64,000 nucleotides of DNA from an uncultured Bacilli bacterium (GTDB lineage Bacteria; Bacillota_I; Bacilli_A; RF39; UBA660): positions 7,603 to 71,602 of the forward strand of contig CANQQR010000003.1 in NCBI GenBank assembly GCA_947626035.1, written 5' to 3'. Under the pieces are notes generated by a model, which saw nothing but the letters and a program-made list of their open reading frames with translations, was not told where the DNA came from and made no database searches. Below are positions 9,132 to 18,710 of the stretch, in pieces. Numbering within the stretch: the first letter of the stretch is position 1; every line of letters starts with the position of its first letter. Both the position numbers and the translations under genes were made by a program.

Positions 9132-11738
9132 ATGAAGAAGAATTATTTAATTATAGGGGTAGTAAGTATACTTATTTTAACAGTAAGTGTAAGTTTAGGT
9201 TACTGGATGGCTTACATAGAAGGTAATGGTGCACCAATAGACCTGACTGCCCAAGACTTAAAAATAGTATTTGACGATAATGGAAACATTGAAGCAAATA
9301 ACATAGAACCAGGTTGGACTTACAAAAAGACATTTTCAGTAACAAGCAAGACAAATGAAACATATGAATATAAAATAATAATAAAAGACTTAATAAATAC
9401 ATTTAAAACAGATTATTTAAAATATAAAATAACAAGTTCACATGGATATACAATGGACAAATTTGAAGTATTACCAAAATCAGAAACAGCAAAAAAAATT
9501 AGTTTAACAGGAAATATAAAAATAGAACCAAGTGAAGTACAAGAATATACAATAGAATTTATCTATGAAACAACAACAGAAGACCAAAGTGAAGATATGG
9601 GAGCAACACTGAGTGGAACATTATTTATAGGTGAAGGAGATAAACCATTCCTAGCACAAGACTTATTTACAACAAAATACACAAGTGAAGAATTAAGTAA
9701 GAAAAGAAGTGACTTCTCCACAATAGTAACTGAAGGTAGTGTATACACGGAAGATGGAAACTATACTGAGGGAAGTAAACCTGTATACTATTTTGCAGGA
9801 AACGTAGAAGACAACTGGGTATATTTTGCAAACTACTACTGGAGAATCATAAGGTCAGACGAAGACGGAGGATTAAGGCTATTATACGCAGGAGAAAGTC
9901 CAGAAAGCGAAACAGCATACATAATGAATAGCGGAAACATTGAAAGTGATGGGTATCTTGCTTATAATGAAAATGCCTATTACAATCCAGCATATGTAGG
10001 TTATATGTATAGTAAAGGAAGTAGTTTATCAGCAATAAGAGAAAATGAGGAATCTAGTCTAATAAAGACAGAATTAGAAACATGGTATACAAGTAACTTA
10101 CAAAGTTATGATAAATATATAAGTAAAACAGCAATATATTGTAATGATAGAAGTACACAAGAAGGATGGAGTTCAAGTGGAGAAATGAATTATAACGGAG
10201 AAACTAAATTTTGGGAAAATGACTTAGATAATACAAAGAACCATCCATCATTTAAATGTGGAGTAAATGGTTCAGGTAGTCTAAATTCAGATTCTTCTGA
10301 TGTAGAGAGAAAGAAAGATATGTTTAGTGTAAGCGGAACTTCTGGAGGAAATGGAAAACTAACAAAACCAATAGGATTGATAACTGCAGACGAAATAGTG
10401 TTTGCAGGAGGCTTCCGCGCAACTGACAACCCAGATGCTTACTACTATAGAAACGCTTCCGGAGGAAGTTCAACCGGTGATGAGTGGTGGTGGACAATGA
10501 GTCCGTTTCGGTTTAATGGCTACTACCCGTATATGTTCGGTGTGGGCGGATCTAGCGACGCTGGCTATTTGGGTAACGATGGCCTCTGGGATTCGAGTGG
10601 CGTCGTGCGTCCAGTAATTTCCCTACAAGGCTGTGTAACAATGCAAGGTAGTGGAACAGCAGACGACCCATATAAAGTAATAAAAGAATGTCCATTAACA
10701 GCTGGAAGTTTAGGAGAAACAAAATATGCGAGTGCTGGTAAAAGAAGTAGCTTTGATAGTACAGTAACAGCTGGTAATGTATATACAGAAGATAGTAATT
10801 ATACCGAAAATGGAAACAAAGTATGGTACTGGGCAGGAAATACAGAAGATAACTGGGTATATTTTGCAAATAAATATTGGAGAATCATAAGAACAAATGA
10901 AGATGGAGGATTAAGACTATTATACGCAGGAAGTAGCCCAACAGCTGAAGATGCATATATAAGTACAATGGCATACAATCCAACATATAATAATACGACA
11001 TATGTAGGTTATATGTATAGTACAGGAAGTAGTTTGTCAGCAATAAGAGGAAATGGAACAAGTAGTCCAATAAAGAGTACTTTAGATAATTGGTATACAA
11101 GTGATTTGCAAAGTTATGATAAGTATATAAGTAAGACTGCAATATATTGTAATGATAGAAGTACACAAGATGGATGGAGTTCAAGTGGAACAATGTACTA
11201 TAACGGAAGAACTAAATTTTATACAAATAAATCAGATAATTCAAAGAACCATCCATCATTTAAATGTGGAGTAAATGGTTCAGGTAGTCTAAATACAGAT
11301 TCACCTGATGCTGAAAGGAAGAAGGATATGTTTAGTGTAAGCGGGGCTTCAGGCGGTAACGGAGCTCTAACAAAGCCAATAGGTTTGATAACAGCAGACG
11401 AAATAGTGTTCGCAGGAGGCTTTTATGGAACTAATAACCCAGATGCTTACTACTATAGAAACTCAAGTGGTGGTAGTTCAACCGGAACGAACTGGTGGTG
11501 GACAATGAGTCCGTATGGCTTCGACGGCAGCAGCAGCGTCGCGTACGTGTTTCACGTGATCGGTTCTAGCGACGCAGGTCAGTTGAACAGCGACATCGTC
11601 AGCAATGCGAGTGGCGTCGTGCGTCCAGTAATTTCTCTGAAATCTTGCGTTCAATTAAAAGGTTCAGGAACAACTGATAGTCCATATGAAGTAGTAGAAT
11701 TTGGAGATTCAGATTCATGTGCAGTAGCAGAAAATTAA
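9132..11738 (+). CDS. Large secreted protein: TasA/camelysin-like N-terminal domain followed by two tandem copies of a roughly 300-aa module. Each copy ends in a DUF1566 / Fib_succ_major-like segment (WWWTMSP ... GVVRPVISL).
   Basis: Signal with a SipW-cognate-like LGYWMAYIEGNG motif. A beta-sandwich-like region (NIEPGWTYKKTFSVTS) resembles TasA. The internal duplication is obvious (YTEDGNYTEGSKPVYYFAGNVEDNWVYFANYYWRIIRSDEDGGLRLLYAG appears twice). Confidence 0.7.
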   Translation: MKKNYLIIGVVSILILTVSVSLGYWMAYIEGNGAPIDLTAQDLKIVFDDNGNIEANNIEPGWTYKKTFSVTSKTNETYEYKIIIKDLINTFKTDYLKYKITSSHGYTMDKFEVLPKSETAKKISLTGNIKIEPSEVQEYTIEFIYETTTEDQSEDMGATLSGTLFIGEGDKPFLAQDLFTTKYTSEELSKKRSDFSTIVTEGSVYTEDGNYTEGSKPVYYFAGNVEDNWVYFANYYWRIIRSDEDGGLRLLYAGESPESETAYIMNSGNIESDGYLAYNENAYYNPAYVGYMYSKGSSLSAIRENEESSLIKTELETWYTSNLQSYDKYISKTAIYCNDRSTQEGWSSSGEMNYNGETKFWENDLDNTKNHPSFKCGVNGSGSLNSDSSDVERKKDMFSVSGTSGGNGKLTKPIGLITADEIVFAGGFRATDNPDAYYYRNASGGSSTGDEWWWTMSPFRFNGYYPYMFGVGGSSDAGYLGNDGLWDSSGVVRPVISLQGCVTMQGSGTADDPYKVIKECPLTAGSLGETKYASAGKRSSFDSTVTAGNVYTEDSNYTENGNKVWYWAGNTEDNWVYFANKYWRIIRTNEDGGLRLLYAGSSPTAEDAYISTMAYNPTYNNTTYVGYMYSTGSSLSAIRGNGTSSPIKSTLDNWYTSDLQSYDKYISKTAIYCNDRSTQDGWSSSGTMYYNGRTKFYTNKSDNSKNHPSFKCGVNGSGSLNTDSPDAERKKDMFSVSGASGGNGALTKPIGLITADEIVFAGGFYGTNNPDAYYYRNSSGGSSTGTNWWWTMSPYGFDGSSSVAYVFHVIGSSDAGQLNSDIVSNASGVVRPVISLKSCVQLKGSGTTDSPYEVVEFGDSDSCAVAEN

Positions 11739-11760
11739 AAATTAAAAATTAAAATATATT

Positions 11761-11799
11761 ATGCAAATTTAAGATACCACTTTAAATTTGCATAATTTT
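11761..11799. repeat. 39-bp palindromic hairpin element (ATGCAAATTTAA-gataccact-TTAAATTTGCAT + aatttt), copy 1. Probable terminator.
   Basis: 12-bp perfect stem with T-rich tail. Identical copy at 13100-13138. Confidence 0.7.
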
Positions 11800-11831
11800 A
11801 TTATATAATTATTTTGAGGTGACAAGAAGAA

Positions 11832-13094
11832 ATGAAAGAATATATAAATAGAAATATTGAAAAACATATTAAAGAAATTTCAGACATATTTCCAGTTATA
11901 ATGATAACTGGTGCTAGACAAGTTGGAAAATCTACATTATTAAATTACATAGTTCCAAAACAAAAAAAGAATGTTAATTTCGTAACATTAGATAATTTAG
12001 ATTTGCGTGCACTAGCTAAAGAAGATCCAGAATTATTTCTAGAAACATACCCTACCCCACTAGTAATTGATGAATTTCAATATGCACCAGAATTATTATC
12101 TTATATAAAATTAAAAGTAGATAAATATAGATTAAATGAATTTAATAGTAATAAAAATAGTAACGGAAATTATTACTTAACTAGTTCACAAAGCTTCATT
12201 TCAATGAAAAATATTAGTGAATCTTTAGCAGGCAGAGTTGGAATAATTGAACTACTAGGCTTATCAACAAGAGAAATTTTTGATGAAGAAAGTAAACCTT
12301 TTATACCAGATATAGAAAAATTAAAAAAATCTAAAGAAAGTAAAAAATTAAACATTATAGAATTATATGAAAGAATATATAAAGGAAGTTACCCTGAAAT
12401 ATATAAAAATAAAATAGAAAACGTAGAAAATTTTTATGAAAGTTATATTCAAACATATATAGAAAAAGATATAAGAAAAGCGTTAAATATAAAAGATGAA
12501 TTAAAATTTAAAAAATTTATGAACTCTCTAGCCGCTAGAACTGGTCAAGAATTAAATTTAAGTGACATAGCAAATGACGCAGAAATATCAGTTCCAACAG
12601 CAAATGATTGGCTATCTATATTAGTTAACAGTGGAATAATTTTTTTACTCGAACCTTACAGCAATAACTTATTAAAAAGAATAGTAAAAAGACCAAAAAT
12701 ATATTTTCTAGATACTGGTCTTGCATGCTACTTAACAAAATATCCAAATGCCCAAATATTAGAATCCAGTGCATATTCTGGACATATATTTGAAACTTAT
12801 GTAATAAGTGAAATAATAAAATCATTCATAAACAATGGAATGAATCCCAAAAGATATCTTTACTATTATAGAGATAGTAACAAAAATGAAATTGACTTAT
12901 TAATTGAATATGAAAATAAATTATACCCAGTAGAGATAAAGAAAAATAAAAAACCAGACAAAGATAGTATAAAAAACTTTAAAGTATTAGATAACTTACA
13001 TAAAAATATTGGTAATGGAATAGTGCTATGTAATACGAATACAATTTTTCCTATAAATAAAACAAACTTCGCTGTACCAATTACTTATATTTAA
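11832..13094 (+). CDS. AAA ATPase with DUF4143 C-terminal domain (AAA_14/DUF4143 family).
   Basis: Walker A ITGARQVGKST, Walker B-like LVIDEFQYAP, then a DUF4143-type C-terminal region. RBS gaggtga. Confidence 0.8.
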   Translation: MKEYINRNIEKHIKEISDIFPVIMITGARQVGKSTLLNYIVPKQKKNVNFVTLDNLDLRALAKEDPELFLETYPTPLVIDEFQYAPELLSYIKLKVDKYRLNEFNSNKNSNGNYYLTSSQSFISMKNISESLAGRVGIIELLGLSTREIFDEESKPFIPDIEKLKKSKESKKLNIIELYERIYKGSYPEIYKNKIENVENFYESYIQTYIEKDIRKALNIKDELKFKKFMNSLAARTGQELNLSDIANDAEISVPTANDWLSILVNSGIIFLLEPYSNNLLKRIVKRPKIYFLDTGLACYLTKYPNAQILESSAYSGHIFETYVISEIIKSFINNGMNPKRYLYYYRDSNKNEIDLLIEYENKLYPVEIKKNKKPDKDSIKNFKVLDNLHKNIGNGIVLCNTNTIFPINKTNFAVPITYI

Positions 13095-13099
13095 AAAAA

Positions 13100-13138
13100 A
13101 TGCAAATTTAAGATACCACTTTAAATTTGCATAATTTT
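13100..13138. repeat. 39-bp palindromic hairpin element, copy 2. Identical to 11761-11799.
   Basis: Exact 39-nt identity read directly. Confidence 0.7.
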
Positions 13139-13148
13139 TCATTAACTT

Positions 13149-13177
13149 TTGACAAATTGTACTTAATATGGTATAAT
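13149..13177 (+). promoter_or_regulatory. Consensus sigma-A promoter TTGACA-17-TATAAT.
   Basis: ttgaca at 13149-13154, 17-nt spacer, tataat at 13172-13177. RBS agggga 8 nt before the ATG at 13205. Confidence 0.7.
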
Positions 13178-13204
13178 GTAAACAGTTAAAAGGGGAAATA
13201 TGGT

Positions 13205-14311
13205 ATGGAAAAATTTTTAAAAAGAAAAGAAACAATATTAACACTATGGAAACATGACAAAAACTTTCTAGAAACACTTTCATCAGAAGAATTATTTATA
13301 TTAATATTTACTTTCATAAATGATACTGACATAAGAGAACTAATAATAAAAGACAGTGACTTTATAATAAATAGATGTGGTTTTGACTATGACATGTATA
13401 ACTACTTCACATTACTTGCATTAAAACTAGGAAAAGTAAATGTAGAAAAATGTGATGATATATTAAATAGAACAGTAAAAAAAATATTCTCAAGTAAAAC
13501 ACTAATACTTCTAATGAAAAAATATAAAGAAATAAAAACAAACGGTATAATACCTAAAGAAGAATTATTTAACAAAATACTAAACGACTTAGAAAAAAGA
13601 GATACAGAAGAATCATCAACAATCCTATTTGACCTAGCAATATTCCCAGACTTTGCAATATTCTTAAAAACAAATCACAGGGTAATATCAACGCTAATAG
13701 AAGCATATCAAATATATGCTCCAGAAGTTATGAGTAGCAAAATATTTAATGGAAGCACAATAATAGGTAAACTATTAAAAGAAAACAATGAACAAATAAT
13801 AGCAAACTACTTAAAAGAAATACTAAAAGACAAACATATATCAACTCGTGACATAAAAATGATAGGTGGAGGTTCCACATCACTAGTATATAAAATAAGA
13901 GACTTAGTAATAAAATTTGGAGAAACAAGACACAACAGAAAAATATACATAAACCATAGAATATTAGCATCTCTTTATAGAAAATTAGAAAGAAACGAAC
14001 TAAACGAAGAACTATTCTATATAGAAGTAATGAAATACGCAATAACTGGAGACGTAACACCAGAAGAAAGAGATGAACTAAAAAAAGACCTATACGAACA
14101 AGGACTAATCTGGGATGACGATAAACTAGAAAACTGTGGTGTCCTAGTAGATGGAGACGAAAACACTTCTCCAACTGATATAGACTATAGTGAAGTAGCC
14201 GGAATAATAAATAACGAATATAGAAGAGAACAATTCATGAAAAGAAAAAGAAAAGTAGTCGTAATAGACAACGATGATATAAGATTTAACCCAATGATCT
14301 CTAGTAGATAA
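13205..14311 (+). CDS. Hypothetical protein with a C-terminal minimal protein-kinase-like region (glycine loop + VAIK-like Lys + D-x-K-x-x-N catalytic-loop-like + DGD).
   Basis: IGGGSTSLVYKIRDLVIKF resembles GxGxxSxVYK...VAIK. IWDDDKLENCGVLVDGD resembles HRDLKPEN...DFG. The N-terminal half is helical with no match. The functional call is weak. Confidence 0.45.
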   Translation: MEKFLKRKETILTLWKHDKNFLETLSSEELFILIFTFINDTDIRELIIKDSDFIINRCGFDYDMYNYFTLLALKLGKVNVEKCDDILNRTVKKIFSSKTLILLMKKYKEIKTNGIIPKEELFNKILNDLEKRDTEESSTILFDLAIFPDFAIFLKTNHRVISTLIEAYQIYAPEVMSSKIFNGSTIIGKLLKENNEQIIANYLKEILKDKHISTRDIKMIGGGSTSLVYKIRDLVIKFGETRHNRKIYINHRILASLYRKLERNELNEELFYIEVMKYAITGDVTPEERDELKKDLYEQGLIWDDDKLENCGVLVDGDENTSPTDIDYSEVAGIINNEYRREQFMKRKRKVVVIDNDDIRFNPMISSR

Positions 14312-14340
14312 ATCTGTGTTTAAAAACATAGATTTTTTCT
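14312..14340 (+). terminator. Rho-independent terminator (ATCTGTGTTT-aa-AAACATAGAT + TTTTTT, one mismatch).
   Basis: Read directly downstream of the stop at 14311. Confidence 0.5.
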
Positions 14341-14510
14341 ATATTTAACAAAAATGTATCTCAAATCCAATTTAACATATAATATAAAAGAAATGCTTGA
14401 TTTTTTTAACAAATAAGCATATTATATACATTAAAATTACAAAAAAACCAAAAAAAATGTTTTTTATTAAAAAATATATGATAAAATTAACATAGAAAAG
14501 AGTTGATAAA

Positions 14511-15650
14511 ATGAAATTATTAAAAGTCACAGCCAATAATTTTAAATTATGTGATAAAAACTTTACAATATCTTTTGTTCCAACAGGTAATAAAACATCA
14601 CTAGATAAAGAATTTGAATTACATGAAATAGCAGAAGATTTATACGTATTTAGCACACTAGGAATAATTGGTAAAAACGCATCAGGAAAAACTACAGTAG
14701 TAGAACTATTATCAATAATATATGATATCTTTTCAAACTATAGAATTAACACATCAAAAAATATTTTTAAATTTATTGATAAACCACTTAACTTAGACAT
14801 AACATTTTTTCATAATGGAACAATATATAGATACATAACAAATTTATATAAAAATGAAAATTCAGTAGACAATACATCTATTTTCTTTAAAAATGAAAAA
14901 TTATATAAAAGAGAATATAAAAAAGCACACATAAGAGAATTATTTAATTATGACAAATTCGAAGAAATAAAATCAGAAATAACACTACCAGAAGATACAT
15001 CAATAATATATTTACTACTAAAAGATATAAAACTAAGAGGAATCTATTGTCCAAGTGATGATTACATGTATAACGATTATGCACAAGCATTCAACATATA
15101 CAAACTTTTAGATAACAATCTACAAATTATAAATTCAATATTAAAAATGTTTGATGAACACTTAGAAAATATAAAAATGATAAATGAAAATAAATACAAA
15201 ATCATTTATACAAATGGAACTACTAAAGAAACAACAAATTCTGAACTCTATCAAATATTATCAAGTGGAACAACTAAAGGATTTGGTTTATTCACATATG
15301 TAGTATACTCACTAAAAACAGGAACAGATTTAATAATTGATGAAATAGAAAATCATTTTCATAAAACTTTAGTAGAAAATTTAGTTAATTTATACAAAGA
15401 CAAATCAGTAAACAAAAATAATGCAACACTAATTTTTACAACACATTACTGTGAAATACTTGATTTATTTAATAGAAGTGATAATATTTACATAAGCAAA
15501 TATGAGAAAAAAATAAAATTAGAAAACATGCATACAAACTATAAATTCAGATCAGAATTATCTAAAAGTAATAAATTTTATAGAAATGAATTTGATACGA
15601 ACGTAAGTTATGATGCGCTAATGAATTTTAAAAAGGAACTAATGAAATAA
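14511..15650 (+). CDS. AAA_21/ABC-like ATPase (Walker A GKNASGKT, signature-like LSSGTTKGFGL, Walker B LIIDEIENHFH, H-loop FTTHY). This family is common in phage-defence and TA systems.
   Basis: Motifs read in the translation. DE.EN.HF following the Walker B is diagnostic of the AAA_21/AAA_15 ATPase clade. Confidence 0.7.
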   Translation: MKLLKVTANNFKLCDKNFTISFVPTGNKTSLDKEFELHEIAEDLYVFSTLGIIGKNASGKTTVVELLSIIYDIFSNYRINTSKNIFKFIDKPLNLDITFFHNGTIYRYITNLYKNENSVDNTSIFFKNEKLYKREYKKAHIRELFNYDKFEEIKSEITLPEDTSIIYLLLKDIKLRGIYCPSDDYMYNDYAQAFNIYKLLDNNLQIINSILKMFDEHLENIKMINENKYKIIYTNGTTKETTNSELYQILSSGTTKGFGLFTYVVYSLKTGTDLIIDEIENHFHKTLVENLVNLYKDKSVNKNNATLIFTTHYCEILDLFNRSDNIYISKYEKKIKLENMHTNYKFRSELSKSNKFYRNEFDTNVSYDALMNFKKELMK

Positions 15651-15678
15651 TAACAAAAAAAGAAAGGCAAAAATAACT

Positions 15679-15957
15679 ATGGAAATAAATGGTAAAGAAT
15701 ATAAAATAGAAGACATAATAGAAGAAATAGACATAGACAAAAACATACCTCTAAAAAGAAAAAACGGCCTAGTTTTAAGAAACTCTCAAATAGAAACACT
15801 AAAAAAATACAACATAAACTACGAAAACTACCCATCATTAAACAGTCTAATAACAGAAATAGAAGACATACTAACAGAAGAAAAAAGCATAGAAGAACTA
15901 GAAAACCTTAGTGAAGAACTACAAGAAATAGAATATTATAACTACACAAACAAATAA
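15679..15957 (+). CDS. Small highly acidic protein (92 aa), co-oriented 28 nt downstream of the AAA_21 ATPase.
   Basis: RBS aaaggcaaaaataactATG. Net charge about -10. No recognisable domain. Confidence 0.4.
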   Translation: MEINGKEYKIEDIIEEIDIDKNIPLKRKNGLVLRNSQIETLKKYNINYENYPSLNSLITEIEDILTEEKSIEELENLSEELQEIEYYNYTNK

Positions 15958-16028
15958 CTCTTTAAAACATAGACTTTAAACCAATATTTTGTTAAAATAT
16001 ATAAAGAATAATAAGAGGAGTCACACAT

Positions 16029-18710
16029 ATGAAAAATGATTGGTATTTATTAGAAGAAAAAGAAATAATGACAAAATTAAACACTACCAAATCTGGCTTA
16101 ACAGAATATGAAGCAAGAGAAAGGCTAAACACACATGGAAAAAATGTACTACCAAAAGGAAAAAAGAAAACATTCATTGAAGTATTTATAGATGAATTTA
16201 AAAGCCCAATAGTAATAATACTACTAATAACAATGGTACTATCATTCCTCGTAGGCGAAACACTAGACGCTATATTCATACTAGTAGTAGTAATATCAGA
16301 TGCTCTACTAGGTTCCATCCAAGAATGGAAAAGCAACAAAAACGCAGAAGCCTTAGCAAGTCTAGTAAAAATAGAAGCAACAGTAATAAGAGACGGAAAA
16401 GTAGAAGTAATAGATGCGGAAAACCTAGTACCAGGCGATGTAGTCCTAATTGAATCAGGAACAAAAGTACCAGCAGACATAAGACTAATAGAAGTTCAAA
16501 ACCTAAGTATAGACGAGTCACTTCTAACAGGCGAATCAATAGCAAGAGAAAAAAGTGCACACAAAATAACAAAAGAAACAATACTAAACGACCGCATCAA
16601 CATGGCCTATATAGGTTCATCCGTAATGAGAGGAAGAGCAAAAGGAATAGTAGTAGAAACTGGCGAACACACAGAAATAGGAAAACTTGCAAAAGAAGTA
16701 CTATACAAAGAAGAAACACCATCTCCACTACAAATAAGAATGAAAAAATTCACAAAACAACTAGGTGTCTTAGTAAGCATAATAGCAATAATAATAGCAT
16801 TCATTTTATACATAAAAAACTATGAACCAAGAGAAATATTCTTCCTAGTAATCGCTTTATCAATATCAGCAATCCCCGAAGGATTACCAATGGTACTAAC
16901 ACTAGCCCTATCAATCGCATCAAACAAAATGGCTAAAAAAAATGTACTAGTAAAAAAACTAAATTCAGTAGAAGCTCTCGGCAGCGCAACAGTAATAGCA
17001 AGTGACAAAACAGGAACACTAACAATAAACGAACAAACCGTAAAAAAAATAATACTACCAGACAATAGTGAATATAACGTAACTGGAATTGGCTACAATA
17101 ATAATGGCGAAATAAAAGGCTCTGACCTATCAAAACTAGACACACTAATAAAAGAAAGCGTATATAATAATGAAGCAAATTTAGAAAAAGTAGGAAAAGA
17201 ATGGGTAAGTTTTGGCGACACAATGGACACAGCATTACTAGCTTTAGGCTACAAATACAACCTAGACATTAATGCACTAAAACAAGACGTAATAGGAAGA
17301 ATTCCTTACGAATCAGACGCAGGCTACTCAGCATCATTTTATAAAATTGGTAAAGAAACACACATATGCGTAAAAGGAACCCTAGAAAAAATACTAAACT
17401 TTTCCCAAAACATGATAATAGACAACAAACCTGTAAAACTAAACAAAGAAAAAATAAGAACACAAAACGAAAACCTTGCAAGAGACGGCTACAGAGTACT
17501 AGCATTTGCAACCGCTAAAATAACAAACTTCAAAGAAAAAGAAACCTATAACCTAGAAGACATACCTAAACTTAACTTTATAGGCCTAATCGCATTCATA
17601 GATCCAATAAGACCCGACGCAAAAGAAGCAGTAAAAAAATGCACAAATGCAGGAATAAAAATAATAATGATAACAGGAGATCACCCACTAACAGCATACA
17701 CAGTAGCAAAAGAACTTGGAATAGCAAAAAATGAAATAGAAGTAGCAACAGGTATCTCCATAGACGAAGAAATACTAAAAGGAGAAAAAAACTTTGACAA
17801 ATTCATAAAAACAAAAAAAGTCTTTTCAAGAGTAACACCACTACAAAAACTAGAAATAGTAGAATCCTATAAAAGACAAGGCGAATTTATAGCCGTAACA
17901 GGCGATGGTGTAAACGACGCTCCCGCCTTAAAAGCAGCAAACGTAGGAATAGCAATGGGTAGTGGAACAGACGTCTCTAAAGAAACAGGCTCAATGATAA
18001 TAACTGACGATAAATTTTCTTCCATCGTAGGCGGTGTAGAAGAAGGAAGAAACGCCTATAACAACGTAAGAAAAGTAGCATACATGTTATTGTCGTGTGC
18101 AGTATGTGAAGTAATATTTTACATATTCTCAATTAGCCTAGGTTACGCTCTACCATTAACCGCAATACAACTACTATGGCTAAACCTAGTAACAGACGGA
18201 ATACAAGACGTAGCACTTGCATTTGAAGCAGGGGAAAAAGGCGTAATGAAACAAAAACCTAGAAACCCAAACGAAAGCCTATTTGATAGACTACTAATAC
18301 ATGAAATAATTCTCCTAGGCTTATCAATGGGTATAATCGTCTTTGGCGTATGGCTTTACCTAATAGACGTATTAAAAATGAACATAACTACTGGAAGAGG
18401 TTACATACTTTTACTAATGGTATTTATACAAAACATCCACTGCTTTAACTGTAGAAGTGAAACAATATCAATATTTAAAAAGCCACTAAAAGAAAACAAA
18501 ATGCTAATATACGGTGTACTAACAGTATTACTAATTCAATTCATAGTAGTAGAAAATAGTTTTCTATCACACATACTAGAAACAACCCCAATAAAAACAA
18601 CACACATAATAATACTATTTTTACTAGCAACACCAATAATACTAGTATCAGAACTATTCAAATACTTTGAAAGAATAAAAACACAAAATAAAGAGGTGAA
18701 AAAAATATGA
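16029..18710 (+). CDS. Calcium-transporting P-type ATPase (P2A/P2B type).
   Basis: DKTGTLT phosphorylation motif, TGDGVNDAPALKAANVGIAMG and 10 predicted TM helices. 893-aa length. Confidence 0.9.
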   Translation: MKNDWYLLEEKEIMTKLNTTKSGLTEYEARERLNTHGKNVLPKGKKKTFIEVFIDEFKSPIVIILLITMVLSFLVGETLDAIFILVVVISDALLGSIQEWKSNKNAEALASLVKIEATVIRDGKVEVIDAENLVPGDVVLIESGTKVPADIRLIEVQNLSIDESLLTGESIAREKSAHKITKETILNDRINMAYIGSSVMRGRAKGIVVETGEHTEIGKLAKEVLYKEETPSPLQIRMKKFTKQLGVLVSIIAIIIAFILYIKNYEPREIFFLVIALSISAIPEGLPMVLTLALSIASNKMAKKNVLVKKLNSVEALGSATVIASDKTGTLTINEQTVKKIILPDNSEYNVTGIGYNNNGEIKGSDLSKLDTLIKESVYNNEANLEKVGKEWVSFGDTMDTALLALGYKYNLDINALKQDVIGRIPYESDAGYSASFYKIGKETHICVKGTLEKILNFSQNMIIDNKPVKLNKEKIRTQNENLARDGYRVLAFATAKITNFKEKETYNLEDIPKLNFIGLIAFIDPIRPDAKEAVKKCTNAGIKIIMITGDHPLTAYTVAKELGIAKNEIEVATGISIDEEILKGEKNFDKFIKTKKVFSRVTPLQKLEIVESYKRQGEFIAVTGDGVNDAPALKAANVGIAMGSGTDVSKETGSMIITDDKFSSIVGGVEEGRNAYNNVRKVAYMLLSCAVCEVIFYIFSISLGYALPLTAIQLLWLNLVTDGIQDVALAFEAGEKGVMKQKPRNPNESLFDRLLIHEIILLGLSMGIIVFGVWLYLIDVLKMNITTGRGYILLLMVFIQNIHCFNCRSETISIFKKPLKENKMLIYGVLTVLLIQFIVVENSFLSHILETTPIKTTHIIILFLLATPIILVSELFKYFERIKTQNKEVKKI

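Noticed and set aside
9132-11738. Diversity-generating retroelement target gene
   Set aside because: No reverse transcriptase or template repeat in the window. Differences between the two copies are blockwise, not adenine-specific.
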